A stretch of DNA of 64,000 nt, from positions 5,857 through 69,856 of the forward strand of contig CAYNAR010000003.1 of NCBI GenBank assembly GCA_964395625.1, in the 5' to 3' direction. Position 1 is the first letter of the stretch. Each line of letters opens with the position of its first letter. Made by a program: the position numbers and the translations under genes. The notes beneath the pieces were generated by a model, which had not been told where the DNA came from, did not search any database, and worked only from the letters and a program-made list of their open reading frames with translations. This document shows positions 47,203-54,728 of the stretch, piece by piece. The DNA comes from an uncultured Gammaproteobacteria bacterium (lineage in GTDB: Bacteria; Patescibacteriota; Patescibacteriia; Patescibacteriales; WJLG01).

Positions 47203-47673
47203 ATGGAAAAGGAGAATCTTTCCAGGGCATTTTTTTCCTGCCCCTTAGGGCTTCTAGAGATACGCGCTGATGAAAAGGGCGTTGTTTCGCTTTTATTTTC
47301 CGGTGGTGGAAAAGAATCTGACGATAAGAATATACCGTCCCATTTGAAAGTGGCGCTACATCAACTTAAGGAATATTTTTCCAGACAACGAGACGCTTTC
47401 GACTTCCCGATGAATTTAAAGGGCACGGCTTGGCAGAAGAAGGTTTGGCGCGAATTGTTGAAGATACCTTGTGGCAAGACCGCATCCTATTCTGAATTGG
47501 CGGAGAAACTTGGCGGTCGTGAAAAGGCTAGAGCGGTCGCGTCGGCTTGCGCTCAGAATAAATTGATGTTGGCTATTCCCTGCCATCGTGTCATCGGAGC
47601 GGACGGGGGGCTTAAAGGTTATGCCGGAGGTTTTCGTCACAAGAAATGGCTTTTGGATTTCGAGAGTAAATGA
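47203..47673 (+). CDS. ogt: Methylated-DNA--protein-cysteine S-methyltransferase.
   Basis: Active-site 'IPCHRVIGADGGLKGYAGG', with the helix-turn-helix segment 'GKTASYSELAEKLG..KA.RAV..A...N'. Confidence 0.92.
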   Translation: MEKENLSRAFFSCPLGLLEIRADEKGVVSLLFSGGGKESDDKNIPSHLKVALHQLKEYFSRQRDAFDFPMNLKGTAWQKKVWRELLKIPCGKTASYSELAEKLGGREKARAVASACAQNKLMLAIPCHRVIGADGGLKGYAGGFRHKKWLLDFESK

Positions 47674-47681
47674 TTGGATAT

Positions 47682-47716
47682 AAAAAACAGCCCTTTGTAT
47701 GAGAGGCTGTTTTTGT
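47682..47716. terminator. Bidirectional terminator between convergent genes.
   Basis: aaaaaacagcc-ctttgtatgaga-ggctgttttt. Confidence 0.75.
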
Positions 47717-47722
47717 TTTGTC

Positions 47723-48865
47723 TTATTCGGCTATTAATTTTCCCCAGACAGTTTTTGTTGGTGAGGAGAATTTTATTTCCGAGGCGTCGGCCGGCATGAA
47801 TTTTATTATGCTTTGCGGCGAGGCTATTTTTTGTTGTATCTCTTGTTCACCGTTATAGATTATTATTTCGTTCGTGCAGGCCGTAGCACCGCCATCTTTT
47901 ACGATTAATCTTATTGGAAGGCCTTTTTTGATTTTTATGACGTTCGGACGGAAGCCCGAAGAGGTGACCTCTATTTCCACTGTTTGATATTTGTCGGTTG
48001 GTACGGAGTTGGCGAAATATTGTTCGGCGCTGACCTCTTTTTTTCCAGCGGCTTTGTTGATTGGTTTGCTCACTTGTCTTTGCAGTCCGGAATCGGACCA
48101 GCCTCTGCCGGCGGTCAGAAGACCCAAAATGATGATAGTTAATCCGGATATTTTGACGATGTTTTTAATTTTAACGCTGGGCAACGTAGATATAAATGCT
48201 CCGAAAGCGAACATCGTCGGAATCGTGCCGGCGGCGTAAAAAGCCATCGCAAGCAAGCCTTTAATGAAGCTCCCGGTCGATAGAGCGTAGAGTTGCATAG
48301 CCTGCAAAGGACCGCATGGCATAGTGGCGGTTGCTAGACCGATTAGCAATGGAGCTTTCGAGGAATTCTTTTGAAGGATCGCATTGATTGAACTTGTTAG
48401 TCTATCGGGAAGTTTCAGTTTTATGCCAGATAAGAATTTACCGCCCGTGATTATTCTAATTCCCATTACGACTATCATAATGCCGGCGATGAATACGAGG
48501 ACTCCGGAAAAATAGGAGTTTATTTGAAAAGCTGATCCGAATAATCCTAATAATCCGCCAGAGATGGTGTAAGAAAAGAATCTACCGATATTATAGAGCA
48601 GATGGTTTTTTATTTCGATTTTTTGTCCCAAACATAGTTTTTTGGCGCTATAGGAGGCTACGAAGCTGCCGCACATGCCGACGCAATGGAAGGATGCCAG
48701 TAGTCCGATGACGAAGATTATTGGCAAGCCGACATCTTTTTCGTTTAAGCGCCCCATTATAGCGAAGGCCCCTTTATTTGATAATAGGAAGTAAAAGAAA
48801 ATCATAGCTAAAAATAGCGCCAGAAAGGCAATGATCTTCTTTTTGCCGGTTTTTTCGGTGTCCAT
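47723..48865 (-). CDS. Polytopic membrane protein of the DsbD_2 / TauE-SafE-like family with a C-terminal cupredoxin-like extracytoplasmic domain. It is the only minus-strand CDS in the window.
   Basis: 'SFHCVGMCGSFVASY' and 'TMPCGPLQAMQLYA' are paired Cys motifs inside TMs. The C-terminal 'YQTVEIEVTSSGFRPNVIKIKKGLPIRLIVKDGGATACTNEIII' is cupredoxin-like. Confidence 0.75.
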   Translation of the reverse strand: MDTEKTGKKKIIAFLALFLAMIFFYFLLSNKGAFAIMGRLNEKDVGLPIIFVIGLLASFHCVGMCGSFVASYSAKKLCLGQKIEIKNHLLYNIGRFFSYTISGGLLGLFGSAFQINSYFSGVLVFIAGIMIVVMGIRIITGGKFLSGIKLKLPDRLTSSINAILQKNSSKAPLLIGLATATMPCGPLQAMQLYALSTGSFIKGLLAMAFYAAGTIPTMFAFGAFISTLPSVKIKNIVKISGLTIIILGLLTAGRGWSDSGLQRQVSKPINKAAGKKEVSAEQYFANSVPTDKYQTVEIEVTSSGFRPNVIKIKKGLPIRLIVKDGGATACTNEIIIYNGEQEIQQKIASPQSIIKFMPADASEIKFSSPTKTVWGKLIAE

Positions 48866-48971
48866 ATGGTTATTCTTGGTTATTTAAGTTTTTCGCTGAT
48901 TATCATTATAGCACAATAAATAACGGGCAAAGAGCTTTGCTCGCTATCGGTTTTTCTGGTAAATTGTAAGA

Positions 48972-51437
48972 ATGGATTTCAATCAAGAACAAAAGGAAAT
49001 AATCGATAGCGTCTTCGGGGTCTATCTTCTTTCGGCTCCGGTAGGGACCGGCAAGACTACGGTTCTGACCGAGCGCGTGATCAAGGCCTTGGAGAATGGC
49101 GTCAAGCCGGAGGAAATTTTATGCCTCACTTTCACTAATCGCGCCGCCGAGGAGATGTCCGATCGCATTCGTGCTCGTGTCGGAAAGAAAGAAGTGAGCG
49201 ACTTGATAACTACCAAGACTTTTCATGGTTGGTGCGCTTATTTTTTGAAGGCCGAGGCCAAAGAGATCGGTTTATCGCGCGACTTCGCCATCTTCGAGGA
49301 AGAGGAGCAGCGTGAGGTGATGAGACAGATTTTGTCGAAACACCCGGAATTTCCTATTAATGAAGAAAAAGAAGGACGCGAGATATCGGAACTGATCGAG
49401 CGCATCTACGATTGGGAGTTGCTCAATTTGAAAAAGCAGATCGGTGTCAAGATAGAGGAGAAGGATTTAGACAAGACCGTGTCCGCCATCGCCGTCGAAT
49501 ATCGTCAGACACTTTCCGATCAGCACGCTTTGGATTTCAACGAGCTGGTGCTTTTGACTTTACGTGCTTTGTATTTGAATGAGAATATTAGGAAGAAATG
49601 GCAGGATAAATATCGTTTCGTGCAATTGGACGAATTTCAGGATACGCATTTGTCGGAATATTTGGTCGTTAAGGAATTGATTAAGAATCACAAGAATGCC
49701 GCATTTATCGGCGATTTGGACCAAACTATTTACTCTTGGCGCGGCAGTCAGCCGTTCTTTTTAAAGAAATTGATCCAAAGCCACTTTCCGGAGTTCAAGG
49801 AGATGAGTCTGACCACTAATTATCGTTTCAACCCCAATGTCCTATCGGCGGTAAAATCTTTTTTAGGTAGCTTCATTAAGCCGGAGACTAAAGAATTGAA
49901 GACTCTGAAGAGCGACGATGTGGTAGAGCCTGCCGTTTCTGTTTTTGGCGCTCACAATTTCAACGAAGAGATGTCTTACGTGATAGACAGGATAGAGAAG
50001 GTTAAAAAGGATAATCCCGATGAGCGATCCGTAGTCATCGCGCGCGCTAATTATTTGATTAATCGCGCCGCCGAGGTCTTCGAGCAAAAAGGCGTGGCTC
50101 ATATCACGGTTGATAAATACGAATTCTTCCGTCGTCAGGAGGTTAAGGATGTCTACGCTTATTTGAAGATAATCTTCAATCGTTTCGATTTGGAAGCCTC
50201 CTATCGTTTGGTCAAAAGGCCGCCGCGCAACATTGGTGCCACCACGATGAAAAACATCATTGATCAAGGTTCTTGCGGTCTTAAAGTTTCCGATTTTTTG
50301 AATTTCAGAAATTATAAATACCCAGAACCTTTTTTTGACTTGGCCAATCGTTTCGCCAAGGGTCGCGTAGTGGTTCTCGATACCGAGACTACCGGCACCG
50401 ACCCGTTTCGCGACGATATAATTCAGGTTTTTGCGGCTGAGGTCATTAATGGACAGGTCGGCCGTCGCTTCCATCATTATATGAAGAATGATGTGCCGGT
50501 CGGCTTTTCGGAGTCGGTTCACGGTATTTCCGATGAATTTTTGAAAGAGCAAGGCGAGGAGCCCGCTAAGATTTTGCAAGAATTGAAGGAATTTTTGGCC
50601 GACAGTCCGCCGATCGGTCATAACGTCAATTTCGACTTGGCGATGATCAGGGAGAACGGCAAGAGGCGAGGCGTGGATTTTGAATTCAAAGAATATTACG
50701 ATACGCTCGATTTGTCTCGTCGTTTAGTGGATTCGCCGAACTATCGTCTCGGAACCTTGTCCGAGATGTTCGGTCTCGCTAGTGCCACGCACGACGCGCG
50801 CGACGATGTGGATGCCACCATCGGTCTTCTCGGCGTGTTGGTGAGGATGCTGTCCAAAGGAGCGCCACAGCGCATGACTCTATGGCAAGAACATTCCGGC
50901 AAGTTTTTAAAGTTGGCCACTCTGATAGACTCATGGCAGAAGATAGTCGAACATTTGCGTCCGGCCGCGGTTTTGGAAAAGATTTGGGAAGAGTCCGGTC
51001 TACGCGAGTATTATGATAACGACGATGAAGCGGATAGACGACGTAAATCCGTAAAAGAATTGAAAGACGTGTTCGAGGAAAAGGATGATTCCGCGAAGAG
51101 GGCGGAAGCGTCTTTGCGAGAGTTGATCCATTACGCGGCCTTGGTCAAGGATATAAATTTCATCGGTCTGGAAAAAGGCAAAGTGCCGATAGTCACGGCC
51201 CATCAAGTGAAGGGTTTGGAGTTCGACCATGTCTTCGTCATCGGCGCTAACGAAAGGACTTTTCCCAATTATCGATCGGATTTGGAAGAGGAGAGGAGAT
51301 TGTTCTATGTCGCTCTGACGCGCGCCAAGAAAAAAATCTATTTGACGTATAGTAAGTTCAGTGATTACGGTTCACCGCAGGCGGCGAGCAGGTTTATCGA
51401 TTGTATCGATGAGAGGTATAAAGAAGTGGTTTTTTAA
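48972..51437 (+). CDS. UvrD/PcrA-family superfamily-1 helicase with an embedded DnaQ-like DEDDh 3'-5' exonuclease domain.
   Basis: Helicase motifs: 'APVGTGKTTVL', 'CLTFTNRAAEEM', 'VQLDEFQDT', 'IGDLDQTIYSWRG', 'TNYRF', 'TAHQVKGLEFDHVFVIG', 'RRLFYVALTRAKK'. Between motifs IV and V lie 'VVVLDTETTGTDP..DDIIQV', 'IGHNVNFDLAMI' and 'HDARDDVDAT', which are Exo I/II/III with His. Confidence 0.88.
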   Translation: MDFNQEQKEIIDSVFGVYLLSAPVGTGKTTVLTERVIKALENGVKPEEILCLTFTNRAAEEMSDRIRARVGKKEVSDLITTKTFHGWCAYFLKAEAKEIGLSRDFAIFEEEEQREVMRQILSKHPEFPINEEKEGREISELIERIYDWELLNLKKQIGVKIEEKDLDKTVSAIAVEYRQTLSDQHALDFNELVLLTLRALYLNENIRKKWQDKYRFVQLDEFQDTHLSEYLVVKELIKNHKNAAFIGDLDQTIYSWRGSQPFFLKKLIQSHFPEFKEMSLTTNYRFNPNVLSAVKSFLGSFIKPETKELKTLKSDDVVEPAVSVFGAHNFNEEMSYVIDRIEKVKKDNPDERSVVIARANYLINRAAEVFEQKGVAHITVDKYEFFRRQEVKDVYAYLKIIFNRFDLEASYRLVKRPPRNIGATTMKNIIDQGSCGLKVSDFLNFRNYKYPEPFFDLANRFAKGRVVVLDTETTGTDPFRDDIIQVFAAEVINGQVGRRFHHYMKNDVPVGFSESVHGISDEFLKEQGEEPAKILQELKEFLADSPPIGHNVNFDLAMIRENGKRRGVDFEFKEYYDTLDLSRRLVDSPNYRLGTLSEMFGLASATHDARDDVDATIGLLGVLVRMLSKGAPQRMTLWQEHSGKFLKLATLIDSWQKIVEHLRPAAVLEKIWEESGLREYYDNDDEADRRRKSVKELKDVFEEKDDSAKRAEASLRELIHYAALVKDINFIGLEKGKVPIVTAHQVKGLEFDHVFVIGANERTFPNYRSDLEEERRLFYVALTRAKKKIYLTYSKFSDYGSPQAASRFIDCIDERYKEVVF

Positions 51438-51459
51438 AGTTATTTTTCTTTTTCTTATT

Positions 51460-51497
51460 GCGAGCATTAAAAAATCTCCGTATTTTTCGATGCTCGC
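51460..51497. repeat. Palindromic intergenic repeat unit (GCGAGCATTAAAAAAT ... ATTTTTCGATGCTCGC).
   Basis: gcgagcattaaaaaat-ctccgt-atttttcgatgctcgc is a hairpin of about 16 bp with 2 mismatches, 23 nt after the helicase stop. The same half-site recurs at 54287, 54597 (inverted) and 56557. Confidence 0.8.
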
Positions 51498-51582
51498 AGT
51501 AATGTAAGAAAAATAAATAAAGTATTTTATTTTTCATTTTTATTTTGATATAATTTATAATTCATAACTCATAATCGACCAT

Positions 51583-51936
51583 ATGTCACAAATACAAGAG
51601 ATTTTCGACCGCTTACAAAAATTCAAGGGCGAGCAGAAAGAGTTAAAGACTATGTATCGCGATGCTCTAAGAAACAGCGCCGAGTATCAAAAGGTCTCGG
51701 AAGAATTGAACAAGTTGAAGGAAGAGAAGAAATCCATCGAGGCCAAGGTTAAAGAGGAATTCGCCAGAGAGATGGACAAGATGGAGGTTTTGAGCAACGA
51801 GATAAAGAACGATAATCAAGTCTTGTCCGATGCGGCCATGGCTAAGGTGGCAAAGGGTGAGAAGATAGAGATTCGTGATGAATACGAGAATGAATATGAG
51901 CCGATATTTAGCGTGAAATTCAAGAAGATGGGTTAA
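51583..51936 (+). CDS. Hypothetical K/E-rich coiled-coil protein (117 aa).
   Basis: The ORF shows heptad-like 'KELKTMYRDALRNSAEYQKVSEELNKLKEEKKSIEAKVKEEFAREMDKMEVLSNEIK'. Confidence 0.6.
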   Translation: MSQIQEIFDRLQKFKGEQKELKTMYRDALRNSAEYQKVSEELNKLKEEKKSIEAKVKEEFAREMDKMEVLSNEIKNDNQVLSDAAMAKVAKGEKIEIRDEYENEYEPIFSVKFKKMG

Positions 51937-52052
51937 TAGAAAGCGTTGGTTTTCGCACCCTTTTATAATAATATTTACCTAATATAAGGTAAGTATTATT
52001 TATTTTTATTAAAAATGACTTTGTGCGGAAAGTTTTTTTGATGGTATTTTAT

Positions 52053-52081
52053 TGACATTTATGACAATATGTGCTATATTT
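52053..52081 (+). promoter_or_regulatory. Near-consensus sigma-70 promoter: TTGACA, 17-nt spacer, TATATT.
   Basis: ttattgaca-tttatgacaatatgtgc-tatatt lies about 110 nt upstream of the ATG at 52191. Confidence 0.65.
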
Positions 52082-52190
52082 TATTGAATATAGTATTTTG
52101 GAAAACTATATTCAAAAAGGTCAAAAGCCTTTAATTGAACCTTGAAAATAAAAAATAATACATAACATACCCCCCCACAAGGAGTTGAAG

Positions 52191-53228
52191 ATGAAACTTG
52201 AACTGTTCACATCCATTGTCGTAGCAACATTATTTTTTATGTTGCTAAGTGAGGACGATCTCCCCACTAAAGAAGAAAGTGGGGGGATGTTCGAAGGAAG
52301 GAGTTTTGGAGCTGTCGAAGCTTCCGTGGTTAGTCAGTCCGTTACTAACGCAATCGACTCCTTGAAGATAGTTAAAATCAAAAAAGCCGATTCTGTTTTG
52401 GCGGAAAAACCAATAGTAATAGTGTCTCACAAACCAAAGTCTTCTCTGAACACGTCACGTAAACCAACAAAAATAAACGACCACTGGAAAGACAGAAAAA
52501 GAAAACACATTAAAATGACTGTTGGTCAGAAAAAGAAGCTATTTAGAGATCTTTTCGGTTGGTTGATTCTTGAAAGGTTGGTTAGTGAGGGTGTTGTAAG
52601 CGCTGATGTATTGCACAGAGATTCATTAGCGATCGAGCGTTTTATCGATACTTCCGTGCATATGTCAGTACTTCTTTCTTTGCCGGCTCAAGAGTCTGGT
52701 TATAACCCATTCATCAAGAATGTCGGATCTAGCGCTAGGGGGTTTTACCAGTTTATTAACGACACTGGAAAGAAGATGTGTGAAGAGCTTGGAATAGACG
52801 TAAAATCCTATGACCCTTACAACCCATATCAGAATGTTACGCTTGGCGTTCATTTGTATGTCCGGAGTTTGAAGAAATTCAGGAGCGTCAATTGGGCAAT
52901 TGGTGTTCATCATGATGGTGAAGGTGGTGTTTACGACACTAATAGGGTTTATGGTGGTATTGATAAAAACCCTTTTGTTTTAGCTGTTCGTGGTGCGATG
53001 AAGATAAAGTATAAGGAACCTCCGGAAGAGGCGTATCGCTTATGGCAAGAAGAGATAATGTCATACAATTGCTTAGAGTGTGTCGAGTATTATTCTTCAT
53101 TGAAAGACACGACGAAAATTCAAGTGGTCGACACTTCCTTTGTTCCTAGGGATACTGTAATGATGCCATTGATGGTAAAAGAAAAATCTTTAGTCACAAA
53201 AGAAGTTTTATCTCGTACATTTTTTTGA
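52191..53228 (+). CDS. Membrane-anchored lytic transglycosylase (SLT-domain-like) protein.
   Basis: ATG 52191 lies 7 nt after GGAG; the ORF-track start at 52185 is TTG. TM 'LFTSIVVATLFFMLL'. 'LPAQESGYNPFIKNVGSSARGFYQFI' matches the SLT catalytic E-S ... G(L/F).Q pattern. Confidence 0.7.
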   Translation: MKLELFTSIVVATLFFMLLSEDDLPTKEESGGMFEGRSFGAVEASVVSQSVTNAIDSLKIVKIKKADSVLAEKPIVIVSHKPKSSLNTSRKPTKINDHWKDRKRKHIKMTVGQKKKLFRDLFGWLILERLVSEGVVSADVLHRDSLAIERFIDTSVHMSVLLSLPAQESGYNPFIKNVGSSARGFYQFINDTGKKMCEELGIDVKSYDPYNPYQNVTLGVHLYVRSLKKFRSVNWAIGVHHDGEGGVYDTNRVYGGIDKNPFVLAVRGAMKIKYKEPPEEAYRLWQEEIMSYNCLECVEYYSSLKDTTKIQVVDTSFVPRDTVMMPLMVKEKSLVTKEVLSRTFF

Positions 53229-53233
53229 CAATT

Positions 53234-53260
53234 AGCCCTGAAGTGATTCGGGGCTTTTTT
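53234..53260 (+). terminator. Rho-independent terminator.
   Basis: gccctg-aagtgatt-cggggc followed by tttttt. Confidence 0.7.
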
Positions 53261-53261
53261 A

Positions 53262-53290
53262 TTGACATTTTATATATTTTATGATATAAT
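53262..53290 (+). promoter_or_regulatory. Consensus sigma-70 promoter: TTGACA, 17-nt spacer, TATAAT.
   Basis: ttattgaca-ttttatatattttatga-tataat lies about 85 nt upstream of the ATG at 53376. It shares the 'TTTTATTGACATTT' context with the promoter at 52053. Confidence 0.7.
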
Positions 53291-53375
53291 ATAGGTATAA
53301 GTCGAAGGTATTTTAGTTAATAAAAACGGCTTATATTACAGCACATTAAAAAAGAATAATAAAAAAGGAGAAAGT

Positions 53376-54212
53376 ATGAAAAGTGCGAAAGAAAAGGTAG
53401 AGGTTTATTTTATGGTATTTTTGTTGATTTTTGAGAGGCTATTCGAACCTGTATTTGGTTTTTTGAGGAGGCATCTTGGCTGGATAGTAGTGATTATTTT
53501 GGTCGGCATTCTGGTTATGATGCCCGAAAAAGACAAGACGGATGTAGTCAAAGATGTAGCGATTGTTCAGGCTTCGGTCGGTATCGGTGAGTTTGCCCCT
53601 ATCACGGAGGAGCGCGAGAAGGAGGTGGCATCCTATTTGCAAAAAGCCAGAGCTGCCATCATGCAAGCTCGGAAATTTCTCTCAGCCAGTATCGATAAGA
53701 GTGCTGTCGTTGTTAGCCATAATAAGAGTTATGAATATTTATTGGATTTCGTTCGAAACAATAAGTATGACAAGTCTTTTGATAAGGCTTTGAAGGAGTA
53801 TGGCTTCTTGATAGAAGCGGAGATTGGTCGTTATCCTGGTACGAAGATAACGAAAAATCTTGTCGCTGCCATGATAGCTCATGAGTCGCGTTGCGATCCT
53901 GATATAATTGGCCGAGATGGTGAGCTTGGTTTGATGCAAATCTTACCGAAAACAGCCGCTCACTTTGGCTACACCAACAAGGAAGACGTAAAGGATCCAG
54001 CTATTAACATTCATATTGGTGTCATGTATCTTGCTCAGCTAGAGAAGAATATGGGGTCTTTGCCTAAAGCGTTATCCGGCTATAACAGAGGAGAAGAAGG
54101 TGCCAAGGATAAAATTGCCACGAATCCTGATTACGCATTGACATATGACTATGTCGAAAGCGTAAGAGCCATTCTGGAAATTTCCGGTGAAGATAAGTCG
54201 ATTCTCCTTTAA
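53376..54212 (+). CDS. Membrane-anchored lytic transglycosylase (SLT domain).
   Basis: SD 'aaaaaggag'. TM 'WIVVIILVGILVMM'. 'MIAHESRCDPDIIGRDGELGLMQILPKTA', 'NIHIGVMYLAQL' and 'ALSGYNRGE' are canonical SLT motifs. Confidence 0.85.
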   Translation: MKSAKEKVEVYFMVFLLIFERLFEPVFGFLRRHLGWIVVIILVGILVMMPEKDKTDVVKDVAIVQASVGIGEFAPITEEREKEVASYLQKARAAIMQARKFLSASIDKSAVVVSHNKSYEYLLDFVRNNKYDKSFDKALKEYGFLIEAEIGRYPGTKITKNLVAAMIAHESRCDPDIIGRDGELGLMQILPKTAAHFGYTNKEDVKDPAINIHIGVMYLAQLEKNMGSLPKALSGYNRGEEGAKDKIATNPDYALTYDYVESVRAILEISGEDKSILL

Positions 54213-54236
54213 ATTTCTTTTTTGTACATTCAATCG

Positions 54237-54266
54237 CCCTGCTGTGGAATATCAGCAGGGTTTTTA
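54237..54266 (+). terminator. Rho-independent terminator.
   Basis: ccctgctg-tggaatat-cagcaggg followed by ttttt. Confidence 0.85.
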
Positions 54267-54286
54267 TTTATTGCTTTTTCCTTGTG

Positions 54287-54612
54287 GCGAGCATTAAAAA
54301 ATTAGGAAGAGACCGTAGACGTAAAAACCGTGTCCCGTCTGCGGGACTAGGTTTTATAGACGAAGGTCCCTAATTTTTCGCCGCGAGCTACTTTTTGGTA
54401 CTTTTTTGAAAAGTACATATAAAAAAATGTATTTATCTCGCCACTTTTCAAAAAGTGGCACAAAACTGCTCACAGAAAAAATCTCCTAATTCTCACTAGG
54501 AAGCCTAGTAAATTTTCTATACTCACCCCGACCTCAAGGGCTCGGGGCTCAAACAACGAAAATTTACACGGCTTCTACGTTCGCATTTTAACGTAGATTT
54601 TTTAATGCTCGC
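54287..54612. repeat. 326-bp non-coding element bounded by perfect 16-bp terminal inverted repeats (GCGAGCATTAAAAAAT / ATTTTTTAATGCTCGC) and packed with internal hairpins. It may be MITE-like or a nested REP-like element.
   Basis: TIRs at 54287-54302 and 54597-54612, with a degenerate internal right end 'atttttcgccgcgagc' at about 54374-54389. Internal hairpins: gtcccg-tctg-cgggac, gtactttt-ttg-aaaagtac, gccacttt-tcaa-aaagtggc, ctagg-aag-cctag, ccccga..tcgggg, ctacgt..acgtag. There is no ORF. Confidence 0.7.
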
Positions 54613-54728
54613 TATAAGGAAGATAAGACACGTGATGTTTATTTATTTTATTTGTATAGCACAATAAAGATTTTCTTGCTAAATTTTCAACGTTTAGTTA
54701 ATATTAAATTAAACATTATATTATTTTT

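Noticed and set aside
54213-54728. T-box leader upstream of alaS.
   Set aside because: No T-box consensus (AGGGUGGNACCGCG-like) or specifier-loop architecture was found. The hairpins belong to a TIR-bounded repeat element instead.
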